Source of the DNA: Mycobacterium leprae TN
GTDB lineage: Bacteria > Actinomycetota > Actinomycetes > Mycobacteriales > Mycobacteriaceae
Length of the DNA stretch: 32,000 nt
NCBI RefSeq assembly: GCF_000195855.1
Contig: NC_002677.1
Location: 2,220,001 to 2,252,000, forward strand
Reading direction: 5' to 3'
Under the pieces are notes generated by a model. The model worked only from the letters and a program-made list of their open reading frames with translations. It ran no database searches and was not told the DNA's origin. The position numbers were made by a program, and so were the translations under genes. Below are positions 21,065 through 31,471 of this stretch, in pieces (within the stretch, counting starts at the first letter, position 1; each line of letters begins with the position of its first letter).

Positions 21065-21907
21065 CTAGCGCGCGTGCTTTTTGCCGGTGCGCCGTCGGCG
21101 GACGATCAGTTTGTTGCTCGATTTGTTCGGCTTGCGGGTGCGGCCCTCAGGCTTGCCCCACGGACTGACCGGGTGACGCCCACCCGAGGTCTTACCCTCA
21201 CCACCGCCGTGAGGGTGGTCTACTGGGTTCATGACGACACCACGAACAGACGGACGCTTACCTTTCCAACGCATACGACCGGCTTTGCCCCAGTTGATGT
21301 TTGCCTGCTCGGCATTGCCCACCTCACCGACCGTCGCGCGGCAGCGCACATCGACCCGCCGGATCTCACCACTGGGCATACGCAACGAGGCGTAGCTGGA
21401 TTCCTTGCCGAGCAACTGGATGCTCGACCCGGCCGATCGTGCGAGCTTGGCACCACCGCCCGGCCGGAGCTCCACGGCATGGATCAAGGTACCGGCAGGA
21501 ATATTGCGCAACGGGAGGTTGTTACCTGGCTTGATGTCAGCGTTAGCACCCGACTCCACCACGTCACCCTGCGAAAGTCCTTGCGGAGCAAGGATGTATC
21601 GCTTCTTGCCATCCAAGAAGTGCAGTAACGCGATGTTCGCTGTGCGGTTCGGATCATATTCAATGTGCGCGACCTTGGCGTTGACACCGTCTGTGTCGTT
21701 GCGGCGGAAATCGATCAACCGGTAGGCGCGCTTATGGCCACCGCCCTTGTGGCGAGTGGTGATCCGGCCGTGGACGTTGCGCCCACCATGGCCGTGCAGC
21801 GAACGCATCAACGCCTTCTCCGGCTTCGTACGAGTGATGTCGGTGAAATCAGACACACTGGCGCCACGACGACCGGAAGTCGTCGGCTTGTACTTGCGAA
21901 TTGCCAT
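21065..21907 (-). CDS. rplB: 50S ribosomal protein L2
   Basis: 280-aa ORF ([21 protein letters not shown]…[28 protein letters not shown]…[27 protein letters not shown]…). Confidence 0.98.
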
Positions 21908-21936
21908 GTCTAATCAGGTCCTTCTCTCGCGTGCTG

Positions 21937-22239
21937 CTAAGCTGGTGTTCCGAACAGGTCAATCGACTTGCTGCCCGGCGCCAGGGTGACGATGGCACGC
22001 TTAGTGTTCTTGCGCCTACCGAATCCAGTCCTGGTGCGCTTGCACTTACCCTTCCTATTAGAGGTATTTACCGATGCGACCTTGACTGAGAAAATCTTCT
22101 CGATAGCGATCTTGATCTGCGTCTTGTTCGAATCGGGATGCACCACGAATGTGTACACATTGTCGTCCAGCAGCCCATAAGACTTCTCCGAAATGACCGG
22201 GGCCAGGATGATGTCGCGGGAGTCAGCGATAGTTGCCAT
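21937..22239 (-). CDS. rplW: 50S ribosomal protein L23
   Basis: 100-aa ORF (…[51 protein letters not shown]…). The ATG overlaps the rplD stop (TGATG). Confidence 0.96.
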   Translation of the reverse strand: MATIADSRDIILAPVISEKSYGLLDDNVYTFVVHPDSNKTQIKIAIEKIFSVKVASVNTSNRKGKCKRTRTGFGRRKNTKRAIVTLAPGSKSIDLFGTPA

Positions 22240-22934
22240 CAGGCCGAAACCTTCTCGGGTGTAGAAGTGCCGGCTGCTTGCTGAGCGGCGATATAGCTGT
22301 TGAGCGCCTCAACGCTGAACACCAAGTCGTCGGCGCGCAGCACGTCATAGGTGTTGAGCTGGTCGGGCGACAGGAGATGCACACCGGGCAGGTTGCGCAC
22401 GCTTTTCGCACCAGTCTCGTCGCTACGGCCGATGACTACTAACACCTGCTTGCGATCTGTCAGTGTGCCCAGGAATTCCTTGGCGCTCTTAGTAGACGGA
22501 GTCTTACCCACCACTAGTTCGGTGACTGCGTGTATGCGGCCGTTGCGTGCCCGGTCGGATAACGCCCCGCGCAACGCCGCGGCGATCATCTTCTTGGGTG
22601 TGCGTTGACTGTAGTCGCGCAATTTAGGACCGTGCACAATACCGCCACCGGTGAACTGCGGGGCCCGCATCGACCCCTGCCGAGCGCGACCGGTCCCCTT
22701 CTGCCGATAAGGCTTGCGACCACCACCACTGACATCGCCGCGCGTCTTGGTTGAGTGCGTACCCTGCCGAGCCGCTGCCCGCTGAGCGGTGACCACCTGG
22801 TGCATTAACGCAATATTCGCGGGTGCGTCGAACAGCTCAGCCGGCAGCTCGATGGTGCCGTCGACTTTGCCGTCTGGTGTCTTGACATCGATTTTCCGGA
22901 TATTGGAACCGTTCTCAACCTTGGCTGCCATCAT
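22239..22934 (-). CDS. rplD: 50S ribosomal protein L4
   Basis: ORF with …[63 protein letters not shown]…. Two adjacent ATGs (22934, 22931) overlap the rplC TGA. The second gives the conserved MAA… N-terminus. Confidence 0.96.
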   Translation of the reverse strand: MMAAKVENGSNIRKIDVKTPDGKVDGTIELPAELFDAPANIALMHQVVTAQRAAARQGTHSTKTRGDVSGGGRKPYRQKGTGRARQGSMRAPQFTGGGIVHGPKLRDYSQRTPKKMIAAALRGALSDRARNGRIHAVTELVVGKTPSTKSAKEFLGTLTDRKQVLVVIGRSDETGAKSVRNLPGVHLLSPDQLNTYDVLRADDLVFSVEALNSYIAAQQAAGTSTPEKVSA

Positions 22935-23584
22935 TTCTCACCTCGTTTGATCGCGCTGCGGACCATGACGAGCCCACCCGTGCGGCCGGGGACGGCACCC
23001 TTGATCAGCAGCACGCCGTTCTCGGTATCAACCTTGTGCACCAACAAGTTCTGGACCGTCACCCTGTCGTTACCCATGCGGCCAGCCATCCGGGTGCCCT
23101 TAAATACTCGGGCAGGAGTAGCGCAACCGCCGATCGAACCCGGACGGCGGTGTACTGCCTGGGCACCGTGACTGGCGCCCTGCCCACGGAAGCCGTGCCG
23201 CTTCATAGTGCCGGAGAAGCCCTTGCCCTTGGAGGTCCCGGTCACGTCGACGTACGTGGCATCGGCGAAGATCTCCGCCGTCAGTTCTTGGCCGACCTCG
23301 TACTCAGCCGCCGCGTCCGGGTGGTCCAGACGTAGTTCAGCCAAGTAACGACGCGGGTTCACCCCCGCAGAGTTGTACTGGCCTGTCACCGGCTTGTTGA
23401 CCTTCCGCGGGCTGATTTCGCCGTAGGCCAGCTGTACAGCACTATAGCCATCGCGCTCCAGTGTGCGGATGCGAGTCACCACGTTCGGGCCGGCCTTGAC
23501 CACAGTCACCGGTACCACTCTGTTGTTTTCGTCGAATACCTGCGTCATGCCCAGCTTGGTACCAAGAATGCCCTTTCGCGCCAT
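22931..23584 (-). CDS. rplC: 50S ribosomal protein L3
   Basis: [41 protein letters not shown]…[33 protein letters not shown]…. I use ATG 23584. The ORF-track start at 23587 is a GTG one codon upstream. GAGG lies 7-10 nt upstream. Confidence 0.96.
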   Translation of the reverse strand: MARKGILGTKLGMTQVFDENNRVVPVTVVKAGPNVVTRIRTLERDGYSAVQLAYGEISPRKVNKPVTGQYNSAGVNPRRYLAELRLDHPDAAAEYEVGQELTAEIFADATYVDVTGTSKGKGFSGTMKRHGFRGQGASHGAQAVHRRPGSIGGCATPARVFKGTRMAGRMGNDRVTVQNLLVHKVDTENGVLLIKGAVPGRTGGLVMVRSAIKRGEK

Positions 23585-23599
23585 CACTCTGCAACCTCA

Positions 23600-23905
23600 C
23601 TACTGGATGTTGACATCGACACTGGCCGGAAGATCGATACGCATGAGGGCGTCAACCGTCTTCGGTGTTGGATCAAGGATGTCTATCAGCCGCTTGTGGG
23701 TGCGCATTTCGAAGTGCTCTCGCGAATCCTTGTACTTGTGCGGCGAGCGGATGACGCAGTACACATTCTTCTCAGTCGGCAGTGGCACCGGACCTACGAC
23801 GTTGGCACCGGTGCGTACGACGGTCTCGACGATTTTGCGAGCCGAGGCGTCAATCGCCTCATGGTCGTAGGCCTTGAGCCTGATGCGGATCTTCTGTCCC
23901 GCCAC
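23600..23905 (-). CDS. rpsJ: 30S ribosomal protein S10
   Basis: 101-aa ORF ([80 protein letters not shown]…). The GTG start is preceded by GAGGtaGGA. Confidence 0.98.
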   Translation of the reverse strand: MAGQKIRIRLKAYDHEAIDASARKIVETVVRTGANVVGPVPLPTEKNVYCVIRSPHKYKDSREHFEMRTHKRLIDILDPTPKTVDALMRIDLPASVDVNIQ

Positions 23906-24233
23906 GCTTTTCCTACCTCATTCCACTTGAGGCCCGTGTCCGGACCTGGTGCCTCCAGCGCACCGACCTACACCCGACCAACTTGGGCCGATCTAGCGTC
24001 GCGTCGGAGACTGAGCCGCTGTTTACCTGTCGTGGTTCACCGACCCTCCTAACGCTCGGGCATACCACCCGCACGCAGCCTTGCCGCACTCAAATTTCAA
24101 GACCGAAATTAAGTCGCACGTCAAGGATGGGACCGGGCGCGCCCCTGTGTGGGCGCTGGTCGTATGCCCGTCCAGGCGTAAACCTGGCGCAAGGCAACCT
24201 GAACAGTATGCCCTACTTCGCTGTATCGGCCAA
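23906..24233 (-). promoter_or_regulatory. S10-operon 5' leader with one weak candidate promoter (-35 TTGGCC at 24233-24228, 17-nt spacer, -10 CATACT at 24210-24205, sense orientation)
   Basis: This is the non-coding stretch directly upstream of the first gene of an 11-gene operon. The hexamers were found by eye and each matches the sigma-70-type consensus at 4 of 6 positions. There is no experimental support, and other start sites are equally possible. Confidence 0.25.
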
Positions 24234-25421
24234 ATTATTGGGCCACTCGGCGGACGGTGCCGGCCACACCACAAATGAAGATGGGGAAGCTCGTAAGGTG
24301 TTGCTGTACAAATCTCCCAAATAACGAACAGGGCCGGGGCCTGGGTAGCAGACTATAGCCTAGCACCCGCCCACCGAACGGCCGGCGCCTTGACCCTGAG
24401 CTTAGGGCAACAGTTGAAGGTGCTATTCGCTTTCCCTCCGATAACCACGATAATTCGTGCGTCCTTGCCATGATAAGATGGCATTGGCTAAACCTCGATG
24501 CTGGAGCATCGCGCGGTCGGGATATCATCGTCTTCCCAAGCCACCCACTCCGTTTTAGCGGGGTCTATAATAATGCACGGTTCATTAAGCCAAGAACATG
24601 TCGTCGTCAAACTGCGGCACGCAGCCGAACGGAGAACTCCTGGGCGCCAGGTATACAGCCACCTTAATCACAGGACAAACATAGTGGTTGAACAGGGCAA
24701 ATTCGGCCAGGTTGCACTGTTGAACGGCAAACCCAGAATCGGGATGTACAACCTGGGTGAAGCGCTCGCTGGGGCCGCCGACGGGATTGCTGAGATCGCC
24801 AGTCAGCACGAAGGCTAGGTGACTGGGGACTTAACTTGAACCATGAGGGACCGTATTTCGTTTGGTTGGGATCACGGGGCTCTGGAAGTAGCCGAAAACG
24901 ACGGCGCTATCTGCCAATTGGCTGGGTTGTGCGTTAATCAAGTTGTTCAGCAGATTTAACCTCTAGGCAGCGGACTGGCCGAGGCAAGGGGTGCGCCACA
25001 ACTTCTCAGGTACGACCAGTATACTCAATGTAGTGTATCCGGAAAATGGGGGCTCAACATAATAGATTTTCCTGAATAGCTGCCATGTATGTCGGGTCAG
25101 GGTTATAAGGTATCGGTGTTCCACCCATTATGAACGCCATTTGCGGAGTAGACTGGATCCGCCAGCGTAGTCAATGCGGCAATGCTGCTGGAGATCAAGG
25201 ACTGGACTTGCGCGCTGAACACGCCCAGAACATCTGACATCGTGATGGCGACCTCGGCGTTGTGTGTAGGCGCTCCCCGCAGCAGCCGGGTATGTCCCAG
25301 GAGAGCGGCCGACACACCGTAGTGAGCACCTACGCGATAACGTCCATATCGGTGGCAGCCGTCAGCAACGTCTCAGAGGCAGTGAGTTATGTACGACATC
25401 TCCCATCCTGTACAAACCGGA

Positions 25422-26907
25422 TCATTCTGGTCGACCCAGGACGGCGGGTATCGGGTATTGAGATGAGGTTAGAACGCTCTTGCCAAGGCATCTGGCGATC
25501 GCGCATTTTTCAGCGGCGCGATGTTCCAGCATCACAATGGTAGCGTCGGGCACACGACTAGTTAGCGTGGGCAAAATCAACCCGTCAATCACCCCAGAAA
25601 TTCTCGATACCGCGGACCCGACACGATGGTCCATGACAGCCCGCGGGTTACGCTCGGCGCCGATCGGAGCACTGCCACAAAGATGTGGCGATAGAAACTA
25701 TATGCGCTGCCACACTGAATAATGCGCTATCTTAACACAAGACCGCAACATCAGCGGGTTCACGCATTATAGCGGTGTTCAATGCAAGCCGGCACCTGGG
25801 GATCAGGCGAGGCCAGGATAATACACCCTCATACCCACGGCTACATGAATGCCATCTTCCCATGAGGCCAGTCGCGGTGGACAACACTACCGTCACTGGC
25901 CATTGCAACGAAACCAGCTGTATACAGGACATATCTCGATTCCATTAGCGGTGCTTAACACTACCGCTAATACTGGTCGATCCACAGCCAACGCCTAATT
26001 GGTAGACATCACCCAGTTCAGGAGGACGCCGCATTACTTTCCCCACCACCACTGTCACACCGTCAGCACGCTGCATAACCTAATCACCAACGCCCGAAAG
26101 CATCAGCAGATGATCGGAATGAACCGTTCTGGAAAAGAATATGATTCAGTCAGCAACCAGAGCAATCGAGCCATCTAGGCCTACCGGGTTGACAGCTGCC
26201 GCGATTGCGTCGGAGAAAAGCAGCAGCAGTTCCCACTTCTGGGCCAGCAACGTCAGATTAAGTCGCCTCAGCGTGGTTATTAGCATAGATGGCAACGGAA
26301 CTGGTGCACACACCGTCAATAATGTTGAGTGGAACCGCTCCGACAGCTGAAAGCATGTGTAGTCCCCAACATCGTTGAGGTTAACGATGCACAAGAACTC
26401 CACGCACTGGGTAGCCGCTGGAAAAATCTCAATGACGCCTGCTATTTCGCGAGTCAGCTGAACAAGTAGAAAGCCGGTGTTATCTTGGGCGGGGCCATCG
26501 AAATCCAGATCCTTCTCGATAGCTCGGAAGCGGTCGCGGACGTACGAGCACCCCCAGTCGGGTGTCGCGACGGGATCGAAATCGTAAGGCAATTCACGAC
26601 AGAAATAGCCGCCGCTGACCGCGCCAGAACCGCCGACCATGACTCCGCGCACGATGGGCAAGTAACAAGCTGATTTATCGGTGAGTTTAGTCACATAGCA
26701 CTGTACCAGCAGGTTGCTAACATCGATAAGCAACTGCAAGCCGTTGGCGTTCTGAGCCAATAATTGGAAATCGGCGAGCCTAGGACCTACCTCGAGCACG
26801 GTCACCACGTAGTAGAGATCGGAGGAAAGACGTTAGGCAACAATCGATCTAGCACTGCCAGTACCGACGACCAGCACATCGCTATGCGAGACGGCCGTGG
26901 CTAACAC
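25422..26907 (-). pseudogene. GMC-family FAD-dependent oxidoreductase pseudogene (Rv0697-like)
   Basis: N-terminal Rossmann motif SDVLVVGTGSARSIVA, then an in-frame TAA (26835-26833), then RLSSDLYYVVTVLEVGP… continuing as the 220-aa ORF 26146-26808 (…VGGSGAVSGGYFCRELPYDFD…AIEKDLDFDGP…). The C-terminal motif HLCGSAPIGAERNPRAVMDHR…VIDGLILPT…IVMLEHRAAEK (ORF 25422-25634) lies in another frame. Confidence 0.8.
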
Positions 26908-28200
26908 GGCGATCTGTGGCTTGAGCACACCAACGTTGCTTTCGCACACCACACCCCACGACAGCCCGATGTCGTAGGCTAGGTAATCGACCCGCTTGAG
27001 CGCCAAATAGTGCAATTCGATACCGAGAACGTGCTGCCAGCAACACCCCGGCCAGTAATGCCAGCAAATGGCCGACGCCAGTTGCAGTGCCGCCGACCAT
27101 AGACAGCGGGTGGCGATCGCAACAATATCGCGCAACGAGTCTCGGCACTGTGCAAGACTCTGGTCATTCGTCGACCCGTCAGGACGGCGATCACCAACGA
27201 CGTTAGCTGCATGATGCTCGTTTTCCTACAGCCATAAGAATCCAGGCCATCGGTGCCCAGCAGGAAATCACCAAAGGAACGGTCTTGTCAGGGTGACGCA
27301 CCGATAGCTCCGCCGTCAAGCCGCCATAGAAGAATACTTTGTGCACAATCTAATCTAGCAATTCGATGTGGTGATCGTGAGCGACCAACGTGATGAGCTC
27401 GTAGCGACAGCCAGGCTGCTGCTTCGATGAGCCTCCGGCACAGGTTGACCTCCTAGCCGTACTACAGCGTCTCATCGAACCCGCCGATCCTGCAAATGGC
27501 CGAGCAACGCAGATGATCGCCATGCTGGGTACATTAGGACATCGTGCTGTGGTGCCACACTGAAGCTTCTCGCTGACCGAGGACCAGTTACGAATACACC
27601 CGCCCTATAACGAGCTACAGCATTCACGCCTTGCAAGAAACCAATTATGCGTGATAAGATCACGGCGATGGTGGGATCGCAGAAGTGACCGAGCAGAACA
27701 TTTCAGTGAACCACGCCATGGCGACACACCGGAATCCATAAACGTGATGAAGTCTGTAGCGCAGAAGGCCAGCCTAGTAGTTGCGCAACACTTCGACGTC
27801 GCAGTGCATACCCACGCAATCCCCCGTCCTAAGTTCCTCCGAAGTAGGGCACAACAAACCGTCTTCCACCAAAACAACGCGTAATCCGCGTAGTGAGCTC
27901 ACCAAGCGCCGCACTCCAGCGGCGTTATCACGCATCGGCTACCATCGCGGTCACGTCACGGTGCGAAGGGCCAGCCGCGGGCCGGGAGATGCGTCACTGT
28001 GGCATCCAGCAGGGCACGTGCCAGGCCTGGGGGCTGCACCCTTCAGCAAGGGCCATCAGACAACATCTCTTAGGCCGCCAGAGCCAACCCGCAGCAGGCG
28101 GATTGGTGATTCCCGAGCAAGGCCCTAACCGTCGCCAAGCATGAACACACAGCGATCGACCTGAACGGGGAATCCGCACGGCAGTTGGGCCTGGATCAGG
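26900..28200 (-). pseudogene. mftF: Mycofactocin-system glycosyltransferase (GT2) pseudogene
   Basis: N-terminal LPCGFPVQVDRCVFMLGDG, then TAG (28127-28125), then …SPIRLLRV. The GT2 core remnant TDFITFMDSGVSPWRGSLK lies in ORF 27605-27877. The C-terminal hydrophobic part lies in ORF 26833-27135. There are multiple frame changes. Confidence 0.65.
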
Positions 28201-28733
28201 CCAACATCCCGTCGGACCCAGGAAGCCAGCGGACAACTCAACACACACCAGTCGACCAGCTCCGCGAAGATGCGCTTGCCCTCATCTACAGTAGCGGTGG
28301 TGGGACCCCAGCACCTCCACCGCGACTCCCCCGCAGCGCATGGGCAGGAGCAATTCAGCCAATGGCGCGCCGCTACCAGCTAGCCACCGATCAATCAGCA
28401 CTCCGGCTGGTGAGCTATGCAGCAACACCGATGTAACGGTGCGCCCAGCATGGACATCGCCGCTGGCGGCGGTACACGCGAACCATGCTACGTCAAGGCC
28501 TTTAGCGCGAAGTCTGCCAACGGCACGGTCCAACACACCGACATTATCTACGTGGCCGTTGATGAAGACAGACACTGCGGCCAGCAGCAAATCGAGCTAC
28601 CGTACTCCACCAGCAGCGCAGTCAAGACCTCGCTACCGATGGAGATCGTTCCGGAGAAACTTTGGTGCTCACCGCTTGCACCGTAGGCAAGCTCCGGTGC
28701 CGCCAGCCAGTCTTACTCAACGTGGGTCATGTT
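28200..28733 (-). pseudogene. mftE: Mycofactocin-system creatininase-family peptidase pseudogene (N-terminally truncated)
   Basis: ATG 28733 reads MTHVE, stop, then LAAPELAYGASGEHQSFSGTISIGSEVLTALLVEYG. Next comes …INGHVDN…LRAKGLDVAWFAC…DVHAGRTVTSVLLHSSP…APLAELLLPMRCGGVAVEVLG (ORF 28282-28590). A frameshift then leads into PTTATVDEGKRIFAELVDWCV. The N-terminal metal-binding segment expected upstream of AYGASGEH has no room before mftD. Confidence 0.7.
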
Positions 28734-29873
28734 CCCGGCCAAAGCCCGGTCGAAACTAGGGTGTCATCGGGGCTGATTTCACCGACGCTGGCTTGCCCCA
28801 GAACCATCAACGCCGAGTCGAGACCGGAGCGCAAAATATCGAGGACGTTTTCGACACCGGTTTGCCAGGCTGTGGCAAGCCCCCACAGGTACGTTCGGCC
28901 GAACATAACCGCCCACGCGCCCAGCGCTACAGCCTCGATAACATCGCTTCCGCGCCGAAGGCCACCGTTAAGCAACACCTCGATTTGGTCGACCACGGCT
29001 GCCGCTACTGCATGAAAGCATGAATAGCGGCAGGCGTTCCGTCCAGATTGCTGCACTATAGTTCTATACCAAATCCCTGAAACAGCAGTCTATACAGCCT
29101 TTTGGCATAGTAAACTCGCATAATGCCCTTAATCATGAATGATCCACCCCACAGTTCCGTAGCCAGGCGGTGTCGTCTCAGGTCGACGGCGGTGCGCTAA
29201 TCCACTCTCCATAGGCGGCAAAGAACGCGGGGCCGGGATCGCCACGTCGGTCCTAGTTCGGTACCCGCAAGTCCGGTGATCGCAGCGTCTTGCCGAACCG
29301 CCATAGCCAACGTGAGCCAACAATCGCCTCTGGCGATAACGTACCGATGGTACGCAGATTCATATGCTCGGTAGAGATCTTCGGGCCGCCCCAATATCGA
29401 CCATGCGAGAACGTCCCGGTCGATGGTGACGATAAAGCCGACCACGCCTGCCTGACACACCCGTTCAACACGCTCTGCGATCGTGTCGCAACCACCGAGC
29501 TAAGACAGGCCTTGGGATTAACGGCAATAACCTCCTCGACCGGATTACTGGTGAACGAGTACGATCCCATCGCGGTTACCTGCGCCGTTACCGCCCGTAC
29601 GACAGCAACCTCGCCGTCTGGATCAACTGCCTGGACACTGATCGGCGAAATGATAACCTACAGCGAAAACATGTTGTTCTATATTGATAGTCAATAAATC
29701 ACACTTTTCCACCATGCCAATGACATAGAAAAACCGAATTCATCGAAAGCTGGGGGATTGTCAGTGACAATTAATTCCTTCTCCCTGACTGAAATCAGGT
29801 AATAGAAAAATTTATGCAAGTACAGCATAGCGCGGTACTGGGCAATAGCAAAGGTGTCCAGCCATTCGTCCAC
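28727..29873 (-). pseudogene. mftD: Mycofactocin-system FMN-dependent alpha-hydroxyacid-dehydrogenase-family pseudogene
   Basis: N-terminus DEWLDTFAIAQYRAMLYLHKFFYYLISVREKELIVTDNPPAFDEFGF (ORF 29691-29873). The middle part …AGVVGFIVTIDRDVLAW… lies in ORF 29197-29460, a different frame. The C-terminus VLLNGGLRRGSDVIEAVALGAWAVMFGRTYLWGLA…VLDILRSGLDSALMVLG lies in ORF 28727-29056. Confidence 0.8.
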
Positions 29874-31061
29874 TATATGTTACAGAGGGCTTTCGCTACA
29901 GAGAAACAAGGCACTAGTTCGCGGACCCATCTCCCATGAGAAAGTTCGTACCGAGGTAGCAGCATGTCACCGGTCGCGAACCAGTGCCTAAGCGCTTCAC
30001 CTTTGGACCTATTCAGGATCTGGTTCATTAATCGGAAAGCCGTTGAAAAACTTGGCCGCCATGCACCCTGACCGACAATTATCGGAATGCCAATAACTAC
30101 CGCAGGAACCCGCGGAGTGCTGCTCACGCAACTCACGAAACAGCTTGGCATTCTTCCACACGTTAACAAAGCCAGTACCAAAACCATAGTAAGACAAAGC
30201 TTTTGCCGTAAGAAAAACGGTCATGGATGACGACCATTGAGGCGTAAACATCACCCACTGGGTCAATGAAACACACCAGCAGGACCGCTACGCACATATT
30301 CAAACCAGCCAAAGCACCCGACTGGCAGAGTGGCGACAGATGAAAGAAGGAACCACCGGAAAGCACCCACTCACTGTTAGCAACCAACCAATCGTAAAGC
30401 TGTATTTGCTAAACAGTGTTGTTGAGGTGCACGTCTTTCCAGACATCGGCGTCACGGCCGGAGGGTCGCAGCCGGGTGATCCGCAAAGTGGCGCCATACC
30501 AGCCTGCCAACGTGGCGAATTCGTCGAGTTCGTCAACATTGTGCCGAGTAACCACCACGGCGGTCTTCGCATCGGAGAAGCCTTCTACGGCAAGTTTTTC
30601 CAATGCACACGTCGCCATGGCGAATGACCCGGCACCGCGGCTGGCGTCGTTGGCCTCGGCGACGGCACAGTCGAGCTAAATTTGAACATCCACATAGCAA
30701 CGGGCTGCCAACCGCACGAAGAATCCGGCTGTGATCCGGACCCCTTTGGTAGAGAACTTCATTTTCTACATGGTACGCGGTCACGTCATGAACCAACTCC
30801 CAAAAAGTCCATGAGTAAGGTAGGTTCACAGCCACTGATGTTGACATAAAACAGCCGCATGCGTTCTCGCTCGTCAATGATGTCCTTGTATGGCAAAGGT
30901 AGACAACTCTCGGAGATCGAGCTCACCTGAAGACGACAAGCAGTGCACGTACGCGAGATTGATGCATACATCATATACCAGGTTAGGCAGATGGGAGCAT
31001 CCAGCCGCTCCTCGAGCTACTCTATCAGAAAGGGAACTCCGGCCTTCATTGGCGCTGTCAT
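29873..31061 (-). pseudogene. mftC: Mycofactocin radical-SAM maturase pseudogene
   Basis: ATG 31061 (MTAPMKAGV…) hits a stop after 14 codons. The radical-SAM cluster site reads CINLAYVHC (30966-30940) instead of an intact CxxxCxxC. Further pieces lie in four frames: …RMRLFYVNISGCEPTL…, …AVEGFSDAKTAVVVTRHNVDELDEFATLAGWYGATLRITRLRPSGRDADVW…, …SFFHLSPLCQSGALAGLNMC…LVCFIDPVGDVYAS…, and …VWKNAKLFRELREQHSAGSCGSYWHSDNCRSGCMAAKFFNGFPINEPDPE. Confidence 0.85.
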
Positions 31062-31064
31062 TTG

Positions 31065-31365
31065 CTCTCCTTGAATTCCTGTTGAGCCACAAGCATGTTG
31101 GCACTTGGCCAACTCTTGGAACGCATACCAGTAGGGGGACCTGCCTGGATTCGTCAACCCCGGCAACGAGGCAATTGGATAGGACATCAAAATGGTAGGC
31201 GAGCGATTGCACCACTGCAAGGATGGTAAGATTTTTCAGGAACGATAGTTTGCCGGCGCCAAAGTGGTTACAGCAGAGCACCAAAAAGTTCTCGACGAAT
31301 CGCTAACTGTGGTTGTAACTTCCACCCGAGATTGGGGTCTCACAGCCACTAGTACTACGAGTCTA
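31065..31365 (-). pseudogene. mftB: Mycofactocin precursor-binding chaperone pseudogene
   Basis: Three frames: DPNLGWKLQPQLAIRRELFGALL, stop. Then NHFGAGKLSFLKNLTILAVVQSLAYHFDVLSNCLVAGVDESRQ. Then YWYAFQELAKCQHACGST. The start region contains stops, and the terminal stop is lost, so the last frame reads through into mftC. Confidence 0.7.
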
Positions 31366-31382
31366 CGTGGGTGCGGGCACCC

Positions 31383-31471
31383 TCAGCAGATATCGCACAT
31401 ACCATCGGTAGACATCTCTTCAACAGGATTTCTGTGACGAGATCTGCGCCAGCATCGGTCTCGTAGTCCAT
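31383..31471 (-). pseudogene. mftA: Mycofactocin precursor peptide remnant
   Basis: ATG 31471 reads MDYETDAGADLVTEIL. A 1-nt deletion then shifts the frame, and the conserved tail continues in the next frame as VEEMSTDGMCDIC followed by TGA (31385-31383). The span is 89 nt where an intact 29-codon gene plus stop needs 90. The characteristic C-terminal IDGMCGVY reads TDGMCDIC. Confidence 0.75.

Noticed and set aside
25944-25971. 9-bp inverted repeat attagcggt-(10 nt)-accgctaat
   Set aside because: It lies inside the GMC oxidoreductase pseudogene with no positional logic. About one such repeat is expected by chance in 32 kb.
26146-26808. 220-aa ORF as an intact gene, the best-looking candidate for a functional accessory gene
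   Set aside because: It is in frame with the upstream FAD-binding motif across a TAA stop, and its C-terminal catalytic region is in another frame. It is a fragment of a GMC oxidoreductase pseudogene.
30874-31284. 136-aa ORF as a possible novel small protein
   Set aside because: It is a chimeric read-through. The N-terminal two thirds is the middle of mftB and the C-terminal third is the N-terminal region of mftC, joined only because stops and frames have been lost.
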